A stretch of 37,069 nt of DNA from Candidatus Limadaptatus stercorigallinarum (GCA_018714975.1 DVMN01000029.1:1-37069), one strand, 5' to 3'. Counted from the stretch's first letter, positions 19,213-28,408 are shown. Numbers and translations: made by a program. Notes: generated by a model not told the origin, from the letters alone.

Positions 19213-19695
19213 ATGCTGAACGCTTGGATTATAGGTATAGTCGGAGTTATATGCCTGGGCGTGTTGCTCGAAATCGTATTGCCGGAAGGTCAGACGGGGA
19301 AATACGTCAAAGGCGCTTTTTCCCTGCTGGTCATCTTTGTCATAGTGGCGCCGCTGCCCACCGTTGCGGGCGCGCTCAAAGACTGGCAGCCGGAGTATTC
19401 CGACGTGCAGCCCGACTACGGGTTCATAGAGGAAACAGCGGCGGCATACGAGAAAGAGACTGCCGCCGTGCTGGAAGAGCTGCTTGCGGACAACGGATAC
19501 GAATCCGAGGTTAAAGTGAGTGTAAAAGACGGTTCATTGTCGGATATTGACGAAATAACGGTGATTTTGTATCTGCCGGTTCTCTCCGCGGACGAGGAGA
19601 ATAGACATATAGCGAGCGTGGTCGGGCTGGTTGCGGAGCGAACTTCCGCGTCGGCGGACAAGGTCGCCGTGACGGTGGCGGAAGGGGAGGAATGA
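19213..19695 (+). CDS. spoIIIAF: stage III sporulation protein AF
   Basis: W...EIVLPEG...KYVK N-terminal motif, operon position. Confidence 0.85.
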   Translation: MLNAWIIGIVGVICLGVLLEIVLPEGQTGKYVKGAFSLLVIFVIVAPLPTVAGALKDWQPEYSDVQPDYGFIEETAAAYEKETAAVLEELLADNGYESEVKVSVKDGSLSDIDEITVILYLPVLSADEENRHIASVVGLVAERTSASADKVAVTVAEGEE

Positions 19696-19696
19696 T

Positions 19697-20113
19697 ATGG
19701 AAGTGCTGGATGAAAGAAAGCCCGACGTGCTGAGCAAGGTCAGAAACTCCGGCATCGTCAAAAAAATAAAGGGCATAAAAAACATCCGCATCATCGCGGC
19801 GATATTCATAATTGCGGTGGCATTGCTCATATATTCCAGTGTGGCTACGGGAAACGCCGCAAGGACCGCGTCATCGGATGAGCAGTCCACCGAGATGGAC
19901 GAGGACGAGAGCCGCCTTGCGTCCATCCTCGAAGGGCTGGAAGGTGTGGGCAGAGTGGAAACTATGATTACGAGAGAGGACGACACGATAGTCGGCATAC
20001 TCGTGATTGCCGAGGGCGCGGAAGACATCGCCGTAAGACTGCGGCTGCTCTCGGCTGTGACAACGGCTATGGGCGTGGATAAGCAGATTGTCAACGTCTA
20101 TACAATGAAATGA
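19697..20113 (+). CDS. spoIIIAG: stage III sporulation protein AG, short form
   Basis: TM then ESRLASILEGLEGVGRVETMIT...GILVIAEGA ring-building motif. Confidence 0.82.
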   Translation: MEVLDERKPDVLSKVRNSGIVKKIKGIKNIRIIAAIFIIAVALLIYSSVATGNAARTASSDEQSTEMDEDESRLASILEGLEGVGRVETMITREDDTIVGILVIAEGAEDIAVRLRLLSAVTTAMGVDKQIVNVYTMK

Positions 20114-20128
20114 GTTATGGAGGACAGT

Positions 20129-20614
20129 ATGAAAATAAAACCCAGAACCAAGAAAGTGTTAGTGTTGTCGGTGATGGTTGCGCTGCTCGTTGCCACCGGC
20201 GTCCTCAACTGGGCGCTCAACGACAGACTTTCGTCAAACGAACCCATCGACGCGGGCGTGGTGACCGAAACCTTCTTTGCCGCTTACCGCAGCGACAGAG
20301 AAGCCACGAGAGAGTCCGAATTCCTCTATCTCGACGCCATCATCACTTCCGAAACCAGCTCCGCCGAAGCGAAATCCGCCGCGGAAGAACAGAAACTCGA
20401 CCTCGTCGAGCGTATGGAAACGGAAATGCAGCTTGAAACCCTCGTCAAATCCAAGGGCTTCGAGGACGCAATCGTGACTATGAGCGACAGCGGCGTGAAC
20501 GTCGTCGTGGGTGCTGCGGAACTCACTGCGGAACAGGCCGCACAGATTTACGACATCATTCAGTCCGAAACCACGTTCAAGGCGGCGGATGTCAAAATCA
20601 TTCCCTACAACTGA
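20129..20614 (+). CDS. spoIIIAH: stage III sporulation protein AH
   Basis: TM, FFAAYRSDRE, ETLVKSKGFEDAIV; GGAGG SD before ATG 20129. Confidence 0.9.
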   Translation: MKIKPRTKKVLVLSVMVALLVATGVLNWALNDRLSSNEPIDAGVVTETFFAAYRSDREATRESEFLYLDAIITSETSSAEAKSAAEEQKLDLVERMETEMQLETLVKSKGFEDAIVTMSDSGVNVVVGAAELTAEQAAQIYDIIQSETTFKAADVKIIPYN

Positions 20615-20684
20615 ATCGATATGCGGCAAGAGGGCGTGCCTGACTCAAAGTGCGCGCCATTCCGCATTTTCCGCATAGCAAGGT

Positions 20685-20728
20685 AAAAAAATGCTCCGCA
20701 ATGACATCTCTGTCATTGCGGAGCATTT
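20685..20728 (-). terminator. distal terminator of the tRNA-Leu transcript, also facing spoIIIAH
   Basis: Perfect 18-bp stem AAATGCTCCGCAATGACA-tctc-TGTCATTGCGGAGCATTT with an A7 run on plus (U7 on minus). Confidence 0.8.
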
Positions 20729-20966
20729 GGTGCGCGGGACGGGACTTGCTCCGCGCTCGCTATGAAGTGATGCGGACTGCGGTTTGCGGATGACATCTTC
20801 CTCGTTCGGCTGTGCTTTGCTCGCGCTATCACGCCGGGGCAGAACAACAGCCAATCCGTAGGCTGTTGTTTTTTCTGCCCGTTCAAGCCCCGCCCCTTGA
20901 CAAATTAAATGCTCCGCCACGACAGAAATGTCATTGCGGAGCATTTGGTGCGCGGGACGGGACTTG
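20689..20966 (-). repeat. tRNA-Leu 3'-end plus terminator duplication with a 218-bp period
   Basis: 38-bp exact direct repeat at 20711-20748 and 20929-20966 (about 60 bp with 6 mismatches); inverted T-arm-region copy at 20881-20896. Confidence 0.9.
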
Positions 20967-21033
20967 AACCCACATGAACGTATTGTTCACTAGAACCTGA
21001 ATCTAGCGCGTCTGCCAATTTCGCCACCCACGC
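20946..21033 (-). tRNA. tRNA-Leu (anticodon CAG)
   Basis: GCGTGGGTGGCGAAATTGGCAGACGCG-CTAGA-TTCAGGT-TCTAG, long variable arm, GGTTCAAGTCC, encoded CCA. Confidence 0.96.
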
Positions 21034-21051
21034 ACGGGTGATTGCTTGTAG

Positions 21052-21080
21052 ATTATATTCCAAGCGTCTTGTCATGTCAA
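21052..21080 (-). promoter_or_regulatory. consensus sigma-A promoter of tRNA-Leu
   Basis: TTGACA-17 nt-TATAAT on the minus strand. Confidence 0.88.
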
Positions 21081-21169
21081 ATGATTTTGACGGGACGGCG
21101 GAAAAACTTGTGCGGCGGATTGTGTTGCGGCTATGGTGCGGAGGCGCGGCGCGCTTTGGGCGCACGGGG

Positions 21170-23731
21170 TCAGTCGGAGCGGAGCATTCTGTCTTCGCGG
21201 CGGCGGTATCTTGCGGTGGAAACCTGCACAAAGGCGATGATATGAGAAACAATCCAGAGGAGTACGAATATGCCCGTTGCCGCGGCGGCAATCACCGCGC
21301 TTTCGGGGCTGAACTCCGCCGGCGACAGGAATTTGTCCACGACCTGAGCTATTCCGCGTGAAGCGCCTTCGGCGAGAAACGCAAACAGCAGTCCGACGGA
21401 AAATCCGCCGACGGCAAGCAAGGCGGTTTCCGCGAGGATGTAACGCAAAGCGTCCGAGAAAGTCATTCCCGCGAGGCGGAAAACGTCGAACTCTTTTTTT
21501 CTTTCGCTTGCCGTGATGACGATAAGGTTTATAAGTCCGACGGCGGCAACGGTGTAGATGATGAGAGAAAAGACCGAAAGCAACTGCTGTGTATCGAGTG
21601 CGCCCGACGTTTCGAGAGGGAAGTAGCCGCTGTTTCTGAACAATGTTGTCCATTCGGTGTCTATCTCGTCGCGAATCTGTGCAAATGCCGATTCGTCGCC
21701 GTTGAGATAAATGGTATATATGGGGGTCAACGGCACGGATTCGTAATCCATATCGCCGGCATATATCATTGCGTAGTAATCCCACGCCGTGACAGAGTCG
21801 TCGATTCCCACCACGGTGAAAGTCGAGCCGACGGGACCGTAGCCGAGATAAGTCGTTGCCAGCAGCATCACTTCGTCGCCTATCGAAAAGCCGTATTGGT
21901 CGGCGAGATAGCGTGTGAGGACGATGGGGCGGCTGCCGTCCGCCACGGCTTTGTCGAAACGCTCGATGACGTCTTCGCCGATAGGTTCGAGGCAGCAGAA
22001 GTCGAGTGCCGCTCCCGTTTGTACGGTAAGCATACGAATAGACGCGTCTATTGAAGTTTCACCCACGGGCGTCCCGTCGGGATACGCCAAAGTGACATTG
22101 TTGTGTTGTCCTATCAATGCTCCCGAAGTTATGCCGTCGACGGCAAGGCAACGCTCCAATTCCTGTTCGTACGTTGCGGGGGAGAGGTTGTCGACTTTGA
22201 CGACGAAATCCGAGTCGTATCGGGCGGAAGAAGAGGCGCCCGTTAATGTGACGATGTCGATGAGGCAAGTGCCGAGCCAGATAAAGGCTATGAGGGCGGC
22301 AAGCATTGTGAAGACCGAGTTAACCGACGCATTTCGCGGGGCGGCATACTCCGCGACAAGTTCCGCTCCCGAACGCGTGAATTTGCGTGCGACAAAACAC
22401 AGCGCACGCAAAACCGAGGGCATCACCGTCAGCAGCCAGACGAGCAGCAGAGCTACCGCCGCAAACGACACGGGCAAAAGAGCAGACGTCGGCACGGTAA
22501 AAACGGCGATTGCAACGGCGAGCGCGGCGGCAGTAATCACCAATGCGACAGGCAGAGGGAGGTGTTTTTTTATGCGTTCGGTTCCGCCGAGCAGTCTGTG
22601 TATGGGACGGACGCTCATACGGACGGCGGGGATAAAACAGGCGGCAAGTCCGCACGCCGCTCCGATAAATAGCGCGAGCACATAGTCCGTCGCGACGGGC
22701 GTTATCACTGCGGACGTGACGTTTTCGGCAACGAGTCCGTTGAGATAACCCACGAGCCCTTGTCCGAGCGCAAGACCTATCAACCCGCCGACGATGACAT
22801 ATACTGCCGCTTCCGAAAGCAGAATGAACACGGATTGAGCGGGCGTTGCTCCCGCGGCTTTGAATTTTACGAGTTCGCCGACTCTGCTTCTCACTATGAC
22901 GGAGAACGATGAGCAGAGCAGGCATACCATAACCACGGTTATGACGGCGGCGGCGATGTTCATCATCCGCATACTTTCGCCGACGGATTCCGCCGCGTCC
23001 GCAAAGCTGTCGCGGGCGGAAACGACAACCGCGCTACGGTCTTTTATTAACGCGCCTACCTCGTCGGCATATGCGGCGGTGTTTTCTTTTCCGTCAGCGT
23101 TCAGCGCATACGGGTCGTTGAACCAGACGTTGAAACGGATGCCAATCGTGGCAGCTTCCAAATCGATTTCGCAGGAGAATGTCAGGTCCGGGTTGGGGTA
23201 ATAGCAGGATGTATCGGCGCATATCGCTTCGACAAAGAATGTTCCGCTGTTTTTGATGTCGAACAAATCGCCCGCATCGAGTCCGGCTGTCCGCGCCAAC
23301 GACAGCGAGATATGTGCGGAGGGGAATTCGGTAGTGTTTTCGGCGTAAGACAAGACCGTCGCGCCGACCTGTTCGTCGAATTCGTCCAGAGTGCCGTATT
23401 CGACGCCGAGCCGTCGGGCGTTGATTGTTTCGTCGTCGACGATTACGATTGCGTCGATTTCGCTGAGCACGGTGTAGGCTTCGATTTCGTCGGAATGTTC
23501 TTCTATCCACGCGAGCACGGTTTCCCTGTTGTCCGCTCCCGCATTAATGACCATCTGCGAGCCGACATAGTATTTGTTTGCCCAAAGCGAGGTCGTGTAT
23601 TCGAACATCGACGATATGCAAAGGCACACGAGGATGCAGGCGGTTATCATTGCCGTCGAAATCATTATGATGACCGACTGCACGGGATTGCGGGCAATGC
23701 TTGCGAGAGTGTGGCGGAGGAGTATGTTCAT
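21170..23731 (-). CDS. ABC transporter permease, FtsX/MacB family with two repeats
   Basis: Two extracellular domain plus FtsX segments (RVGELVKFKAAGAT; ERKKEFDVFRLAGMT); overlaps the ATPase stop. Confidence 0.9.
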   Translation of the reverse strand: MNILLRHTLASIARNPVQSVIIMISTAMITACILVCLCISSMFEYTTSLWANKYYVGSQMVINAGADNRETVLAWIEEHSDEIEAYTVLSEIDAIVIVDDETINARRLGVEYGTLDEFDEQVGATVLSYAENTTEFPSAHISLSLARTAGLDAGDLFDIKNSGTFFVEAICADTSCYYPNPDLTFSCEIDLEAATIGIRFNVWFNDPYALNADGKENTAAYADEVGALIKDRSAVVVSARDSFADAAESVGESMRMMNIAAAVITVVMVCLLCSSFSVIVRSRVGELVKFKAAGATPAQSVFILLSEAAVYVIVGGLIGLALGQGLVGYLNGLVAENVTSAVITPVATDYVLALFIGAACGLAACFIPAVRMSVRPIHRLLGGTERIKKHLPLPVALVITAAALAVAIAVFTVPTSALLPVSFAAVALLLVWLLTVMPSVLRALCFVARKFTRSGAELVAEYAAPRNASVNSVFTMLAALIAFIWLGTCLIDIVTLTGASSSARYDSDFVVKVDNLSPATYEQELERCLAVDGITSGALIGQHNNVTLAYPDGTPVGETSIDASIRMLTVQTGAALDFCCLEPIGEDVIERFDKAVADGSRPIVLTRYLADQYGFSIGDEVMLLATTYLGYGPVGSTFTVVGIDDSVTAWDYYAMIYAGDMDYESVPLTPIYTIYLNGDESAFAQIRDEIDTEWTTLFRNSGYFPLETSGALDTQQLLSVFSLIIYTVAAVGLINLIVITASERKKEFDVFRLAGMTFSDALRYILAETALLAVGGFSVGLLFAFLAEGASRGIAQVVDKFLSPAEFSPESAVIAAAATGIFVLLWIVSHIIAFVQVSTARYRRREDRMLRSD

Positions 23732-24435
23732 TCCGAGCGTTCCTCCGGGCGGATGCGGGAGGGGATATCCTCGGAAGAAACAATCTTGCCGTCGCTTATC
23801 GTGATGACCCGCGTGCCGTACAAAGCGTTCTTTTCGTTGTGGGTGACTTGTATGATTGTTGTGCCGAAATCGGAGTTTATCTGCGAAAGCAGACGCATTA
23901 TCCCCTCGGAATTGACGGAATCGAGGTTCCCCGTCGGTTCGTCGAGCAGTATGATTTCGGGGTGCGAAATGAGCCCGCGCGCTATTGCGATGCGCTGTTG
24001 TTCGCCGCCCGAAAGTTTGCCGGGGAGGGAGCTGCGCTTGTCGGCGAGCCCGACCAGTTCCAGAAGCGCGTCAAGGTCCTTGCCGACCGACTTTTTCCCT
24101 TTGCCGCCGAGCAGAACGGGGACGAGTATGTTTTGTTCCACGGTGAGATAAGGCGCGAGATTGAAAAACTGGAACACGAAACCTATCTTGCTGCGGCGCA
24201 GCACGGCGCGGCGGCGTTCGCCGCATTCGGTGATGTCCTCGCCGTCTACGAAAACGTGCCCTGCGGTGGGACGTTCTATGCCGCCGAGCACGGAAAGCAG
24301 GGTGGTTTTTCCGCTGCCGGACGCGCCGAGCACGGAAAGGAACTCTCCCTTTTTGACGGAGAGGTCAATGCCGTTCAGCACCGTGTCTTTGCCGTTGTAG
24401 GAATGAAAAATGCCTTTTGCGTCGATAATGCCCAT
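23728..24435 (-). CDS. ABC transporter ATP-binding protein, LolD/MacB-like
   Basis: GASGSGKTT, GFVFQFFNL, LSGGEQQR, LLDEPTGNLD; start MGIIDA. Confidence 0.95.
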   Translation of the reverse strand: MGIIDAKGIFHSYNGKDTVLNGIDLSVKKGEFLSVLGASGSGKTTLLSVLGGIERPTAGHVFVDGEDITECGERRRAVLRRSKIGFVFQFFNLAPYLTVEQNILVPVLLGGKGKKSVGKDLDALLELVGLADKRSSLPGKLSGGEQQRIAIARGLISHPEIILLDEPTGNLDSVNSEGIMRLLSQINSDFGTTIIQVTHNEKNALYGTRVITISDGKIVSSEDIPSRIRPEERSE

Positions 24436-24492
24436 ATTTTCCCTTGAAAACCGCGGAGGCGGCAACCGTTGCCTCATCGCCGACAACATATT

Positions 24493-24521
24493 ATTTTACA
24501 CTTGCCGCCGCGGGTTTGCAA
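24493..24521 (-). promoter_or_regulatory. sigma-A promoter of the ABC pair
   Basis: TTGCAA-17 nt-TAAAAT on the minus strand. Confidence 0.6.
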
Positions 24522-24630
24522 GAGCGAACTTTGCGCGCCTGCTTGCTTTAATATAAAAAGAGATAAAATACAATAATGCTTTCGTTTTTCCGCTGCGGTG
24601 TGTTAATATGAAAAACAGGTAGCAGACGGA

Positions 24631-25197
24631 ATGAACAAAAGAAAAAGCGAGAAGATAAACGAAGCCCTCATCGGCATCAAAAACGGCAAGGCGGAATGCG
24701 TATCGGAACTTTATGTGGAGATTGCCCCCACTATGCGATACATAGCTTTGAAATACGTGCGCAACGATGCCGACGCCGACGACCTCGTGCAGGATTTCTG
24801 GGCGGACATTTACAAAATCGCTTCCGGCTTTTTCTATATGAGCAACGCTTTCGCATTTTTGTGCAAAGTCATGACCCGCAGAGCAATCAACCGTTACCGC
24901 GAGATGCACAGCGGCAGAGAAGTCAGCATAGACTTCGTCGACTATTCCGTCATTGACCGTGACGCGGAGTTCACTTTCGAACAAGCCGAGACCAAAAGCG
25001 CCGTCGAAAAGGCAATGACATCCCTCACCGACCAGGAGAAAATCGTCATCCAGGAAACTTATTTCGAGGAGAAGACTTTGCGCGCCATAGCGCACGATAT
25101 GAAACTTTCCGTGCAGCAGGTTTCGAGGCTGAAAACGGACGCGATGGAAAAAATGAAGAAAAATTTTGAAAAAATGCGAGAAAAAAGCGGTGGCTGA
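24631..25197 (+). CDS. ECF-type RNA polymerase sigma factor
   Basis: Region 2 (DADDLVQDFW...FAFLCKVMTRRAINRYR) and region 4 (LTDQEKIVI...KTLRAIAHDMKLSVQQVSR), 188 aa. Confidence 0.9.
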   Translation: MNKRKSEKINEALIGIKNGKAECVSELYVEIAPTMRYIALKYVRNDADADDLVQDFWADIYKIASGFFYMSNAFAFLCKVMTRRAINRYREMHSGREVSIDFVDYSVIDRDAEFTFEQAETKSAVEKAMTSLTDQEKIVIQETYFEEKTLRAIAHDMKLSVQQVSRLKTDAMEKMKKNFEKMREKSGG

Positions 25198-25224
25198 TTT
25201 GTTATATATACGGAGGACAGAAAA

Positions 25225-26106
25225 ATGAAAGCACAATCAATCAAAAATTTTGCAATCCGTATCACGGTTTTCGCGCTGCTTCTCGCGGTGGCGCTCGGCG
25301 CGACGTATTTCCTTTTCGCGGCGATAGGACAGGCGGGAACGGACGTCGCGCAGGCGGAAGAAAAACGCTATTGCGATAGCAGCTATCTCGGGGCGGGCAG
25401 TTACGTCACGCAGACGGAAACCGTTTCTTACGCCACGAAATCGACGTCGAGAAACACCATCGGCAGCTCTTTTCCCGCCTATTACAACACCGTCGCTTCC
25501 GTGACGGACAACTGCGCGGGCGTTGCGGGTGCTATATTGATGGGGTATTACGACAGATATCACGCCGACCTCATCCCCGGGACGGCGACAGGGTCGGGGA
25601 GATTTTCTTATAAATACTTTGAGCAATCTCAAATCCAAAGTTACGTGCAGGCGGTCATCAACGGTTTTTATGACCTTATGAACGTGGGGCAGGATGCCGC
25701 GGGCGCGTCGCGTCAGGATTACATAGACGGACTGACTTCTTACGTTGCGTCCAAGGGGTTGAGCATTTCGTTCGGTTCGGTGATGACGGGCGGTGCGATT
25801 GACCTGGCGAAGCTCGACACGGCAATCTCCGCGGACCGCCCCGTTTCGATTTTCATGAGCGGGTTCGGCATCACCACGTCCATAACCGACAACGGTTCTT
25901 CCGCCGTCTACACCAAGCGCGTGTATGCGGGTTCCGCACACATAATGATAGTCTACGGCTACGAAAACGTGGAATATTACAACGCGGCGGGACAGCTCGT
26001 TGCGACGAAGCTCAATCTTCTCGTGTCCACGGGGTTGGCGAATGTTAGCGGTTATGTGACCGTAGGCACGGGCACGATAGACGCGGCGGATTATGCCGCA
26101 ATATGA
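25225..26106 (+). CDS. exported putative papain-fold cysteine peptidase (C39/C10-like)
   Basis: Signal/TM segment at the N-terminus; NCAGVAGAILMGYYD (Cys at a helix start) and SAHIMIVYGY (His strand); GGAGG SD. Confidence 0.6.
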   Translation: MKAQSIKNFAIRITVFALLLAVALGATYFLFAAIGQAGTDVAQAEEKRYCDSSYLGAGSYVTQTETVSYATKSTSRNTIGSSFPAYYNTVASVTDNCAGVAGAILMGYYDRYHADLIPGTATGSGRFSYKYFEQSQIQSYVQAVINGFYDLMNVGQDAAGASRQDYIDGLTSYVASKGLSISFGSVMTGGAIDLAKLDTAISADRPVSIFMSGFGITTSITDNGSSAVYTKRVYAGSAHIMIVYGYENVEYYNAAGQLVATKLNLLVSTGLANVSGYVTVGTGTIDAADYAAI

Positions 26107-26122
26107 CCTTGAAAGGTGAAGA

Positions 26123-26896
26123 ATGGATGACAGAAAATTCGACGAAACGATGCGTTCCTATGTCGCATCCACGGCAAAGGGCGAAGAGCACGACCTTGCA
26201 AAGCTGAAAGCGGAGGAAAAGCCGAAAAAGCGCCGCTTGCAGCTTTCGCAATGGCTGCCTGCCGTTGCGGCTGTCGTAGTGGTGGCGGTCACGCTCTCCG
26301 TGTGCCTGCCGTTGACGCTGGCTGCGGAAGGTGACGACCCGCATTATGAATCCGGGGACAGCTTTTACGACGCGGACTTTATTTCCCTCGACGACGTTTC
26401 GCAGCTGGAAGAAGTATACGGCTTTTCTATGATGATACCCGATATCGTCGTGGAAACGCAGATTTACGCGACTGCGATAGTGGATTCGGAGGACGGGACG
26501 TTTTACGGCGGAAGGCTGAGTTTTCTGCCTGTCGACTGGGCTTTCGGCGGTGTGGAATGTACGGCGGTCGGCGAAGGGAAACAGTATGACTGGCAATGGG
26601 ACGTGGACACGTCGTATGCCCGAAAATGCGACTGGCACGGCACGGAGGTTTATTTCACCGTGGCTACATATTGGGACGAGTCGACATCCGGCACCGAATT
26701 GATAGAATTGCATCGGTACAGAATTAAATTCACTTTTGACGGGTTGGATTATCATATAGAATTCGACTTTTTCCCGATAGATTTGGAGGAGGACGGAATT
26801 ACGCCGCCGTCCACGCCCGAAGAGGAGGTTGTGCTTGCGTTGGATATGCTGTTTTCCTATTTCGGAGGGGACGCGGAAAGCGGCGACGCAGAATAA
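26123..26896 (+). CDS. single-pass membrane protein, putative anti-sigma factor
   Basis: Short cytoplasmic N-terminus (MDDRKFDETMRSYV), basic patch, one TM, acidic extracellular domain; linked to the ECF sigma. Confidence 0.55.
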   Translation: MDDRKFDETMRSYVASTAKGEEHDLAKLKAEEKPKKRRLQLSQWLPAVAAVVVVAVTLSVCLPLTLAAEGDDPHYESGDSFYDADFISLDDVSQLEEVYGFSMMIPDIVVETQIYATAIVDSEDGTFYGGRLSFLPVDWAFGGVECTAVGEGKQYDWQWDVDTSYARKCDWHGTEVYFTVATYWDESTSGTELIELHRYRIKFTFDGLDYHIEFDFFPIDLEEDGITPPSTPEEEVVLALDMLFSYFGGDAESGDAE

Positions 26897-26948
26897 CGTC
26901 CGCTTCCGTGACGGCACGGAAATGTCTGCCCGCGGAGCGCGAAATGCG

Positions 26949-26976
26949 AAAGAAAACCGAAATTTCGGTTTTCTTT
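26949..26976. terminator. perfect 28-bp palindrome, probable terminator
   Basis: AAAGAAAACCGAAA|TTTCGGTTTTCTTT. Confidence 0.6.
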
Positions 26977-27040
26977 TCATTCCTCGCACAACCCGCGCAA
27001 GCATAACGAAAAGGAATAGTATACGATAATAAATAAGCAT

Positions 27041-27068
27041 TTGACATAGCCGCGCGCGGTGCTATAAT
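27041..27068 (+). promoter_or_regulatory. sigma-A promoter of the flavoprotein operon
   Basis: TTGACA-16 nt-TATAAT with TG extension; GGAGGT SD downstream. Confidence 0.85.
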
Positions 27069-27086
27069 CGTGGCGGAGGTGCGGGT

Positions 27087-27620
27087 ATGAAAATATTGGT
27101 GCTTGCGGGCAGTCCGCACAAGAACGGGACTTCGAACACCCTCGTGCGGGAATTCGCAAGAGGCGCGGAGGAAGCGGGACATTCCGTGAAGATTTACGAT
27201 GCCGCAAAGGGAAACATCCGCCCGTGTCTGGGGTGCGACCGCTGCGGTATGGCAGGGGACTGCGTTCAGAAAGACGACGGAAACGCGGTGCTTGCGGAAC
27301 TGCTTGCCTCGGATATGGTGGTGTTTGCGACGCCCGTCTATTATTTCGGAATGAGCGCGCAGCTGAAAACCGTCGTCGACCGTTTTTATGCGCGCAACGG
27401 CGCAATCACGAGCAAACATATGAAAGCGGCGCTCATTGCGACCGCTTGGAACGACGACGACACCGTGATGAAAGGCGTGGAAACCTCTTTCGACATAATA
27501 TTCGGTTATCTGTCGTTCAAGGATATGGGGCGTGTGCTCGCAAAGGGAAGCGGCACTGTTTCGATGATGCCGCAAAAATATCTGCGGCAGGCTTATCTGC
27601 TCGGGAAAAATCTTGTCTGA
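27087..27620 (+). CDS. flavodoxin-fold iron-sulfur flavoprotein / NAD(P)H-dependent FMN reductase family
   Basis: LAGSPHKNGTS, PCLGCDRC...C, FATPVYYFGMSAQLK. Confidence 0.88.
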   Translation: MKILVLAGSPHKNGTSNTLVREFARGAEEAGHSVKIYDAAKGNIRPCLGCDRCGMAGDCVQKDDGNAVLAELLASDMVVFATPVYYFGMSAQLKTVVDRFYARNGAITSKHMKAALIATAWNDDDTVMKGVETSFDIIFGYLSFKDMGRVLAKGSGTVSMMPQKYLRQAYLLGKNLV

Positions 27621-27632
27621 CAGGAGGCTTTT

Positions 27633-28385
27633 ATGGACAGAGTGGAAAGATGCGAAGAAAAATTTGCGGAACTCTTCGGCGGCAAGCCCGTGACGAATGA
27701 GGGGAAAGACCCCGAATTTATGCGCATATTGCAACGGTTCATTTTCGGCGAGGTGTGTTATACGGGCTCGCTTGACAACCGTATGCGCGAGCTTATCACC
27801 GTCACCGTGCTGACGGTCAATCAGACTCTTCCGCAGCTGGAATCGCACACCGCGGCGTGTCTGCATATCGGCGTTTCGCCTGCGGAGATAAGGGAAGTCG
27901 TATATCAATGCGCGCCTTTTGTCGGGTTCCCCAAGACGCTGAACGCAATCGCCGTCATTGACAAGGTGTTCGAGGCGAACGGGATTTCTCTGCCGCTCGA
28001 AAACGCGGAAACCGTGACGGAGGACACAAGACTTGCCGAGGGCGTGAAATTGCAGGAGGCGGTGTACGGCACGGAAATCAAGGAAAGATACGCGTGGCTG
28101 CCCGCCGAGTTTGCGGAGGCGGTGCCGCGCTTCCTCTCCGGGCTGGGCTTCGGGGATTTTGCGACGCGCAAGGGGCTTTGCGCCAAGGACAGGGAGCTGC
28201 TCACCGTCGTCATTCTCGCGGCCGTCGGCGGCGCCGAAACGCAGGTGCGCTCCCACGTTGCGGGCGCGCTGAAAGTCGGCTGTTCCAAAGAGGAAGTGGT
28301 GTGCGCACTCGTCCACGCAATGCCGTATATGGGCATTCCGAGGTTGTTCAATGCGCTCAACTGCGCGAAAGAACTGCTGGTTTAA
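27633..28385 (+). CDS. carboxymuconolactone decarboxylase family protein with two CMD domains
   Basis: LDNRMRELIT...H...G...YQCAPFVGFP and a second copy, DRELLT...H...PYMGIPR. Confidence 0.88.
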   Translation: MDRVERCEEKFAELFGGKPVTNEGKDPEFMRILQRFIFGEVCYTGSLDNRMRELITVTVLTVNQTLPQLESHTAACLHIGVSPAEIREVVYQCAPFVGFPKTLNAIAVIDKVFEANGISLPLENAETVTEDTRLAEGVKLQEAVYGTEIKERYAWLPAEFAEAVPRFLSGLGFGDFATRKGLCAKDRELLTVVILAAVGGAETQVRSHVAGALKVGCSKEEVVCALVHAMPYMGIPRLFNALNCAKELLV

Positions 28386-28408
28386 CTGTTCGTTCAGGAG
28401 GTATAAAC

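Noticed and set aside
20645-21361. Short ORFs overlapping tRNA-Leu and its duplication, and likewise 32474-33228 and 33961-34637
   Set aside because: They are translations of tRNA, terminator and repeat sequence with no SD or protein-like features.
24436-24489. ATG 24489 as a leaderless start of the ABC ATPase
   Set aside because: Only 3 nt from the -10 box, too close to be transcribed; ATG 24435 has an SD-like AAGGG and matches the family N-terminus.
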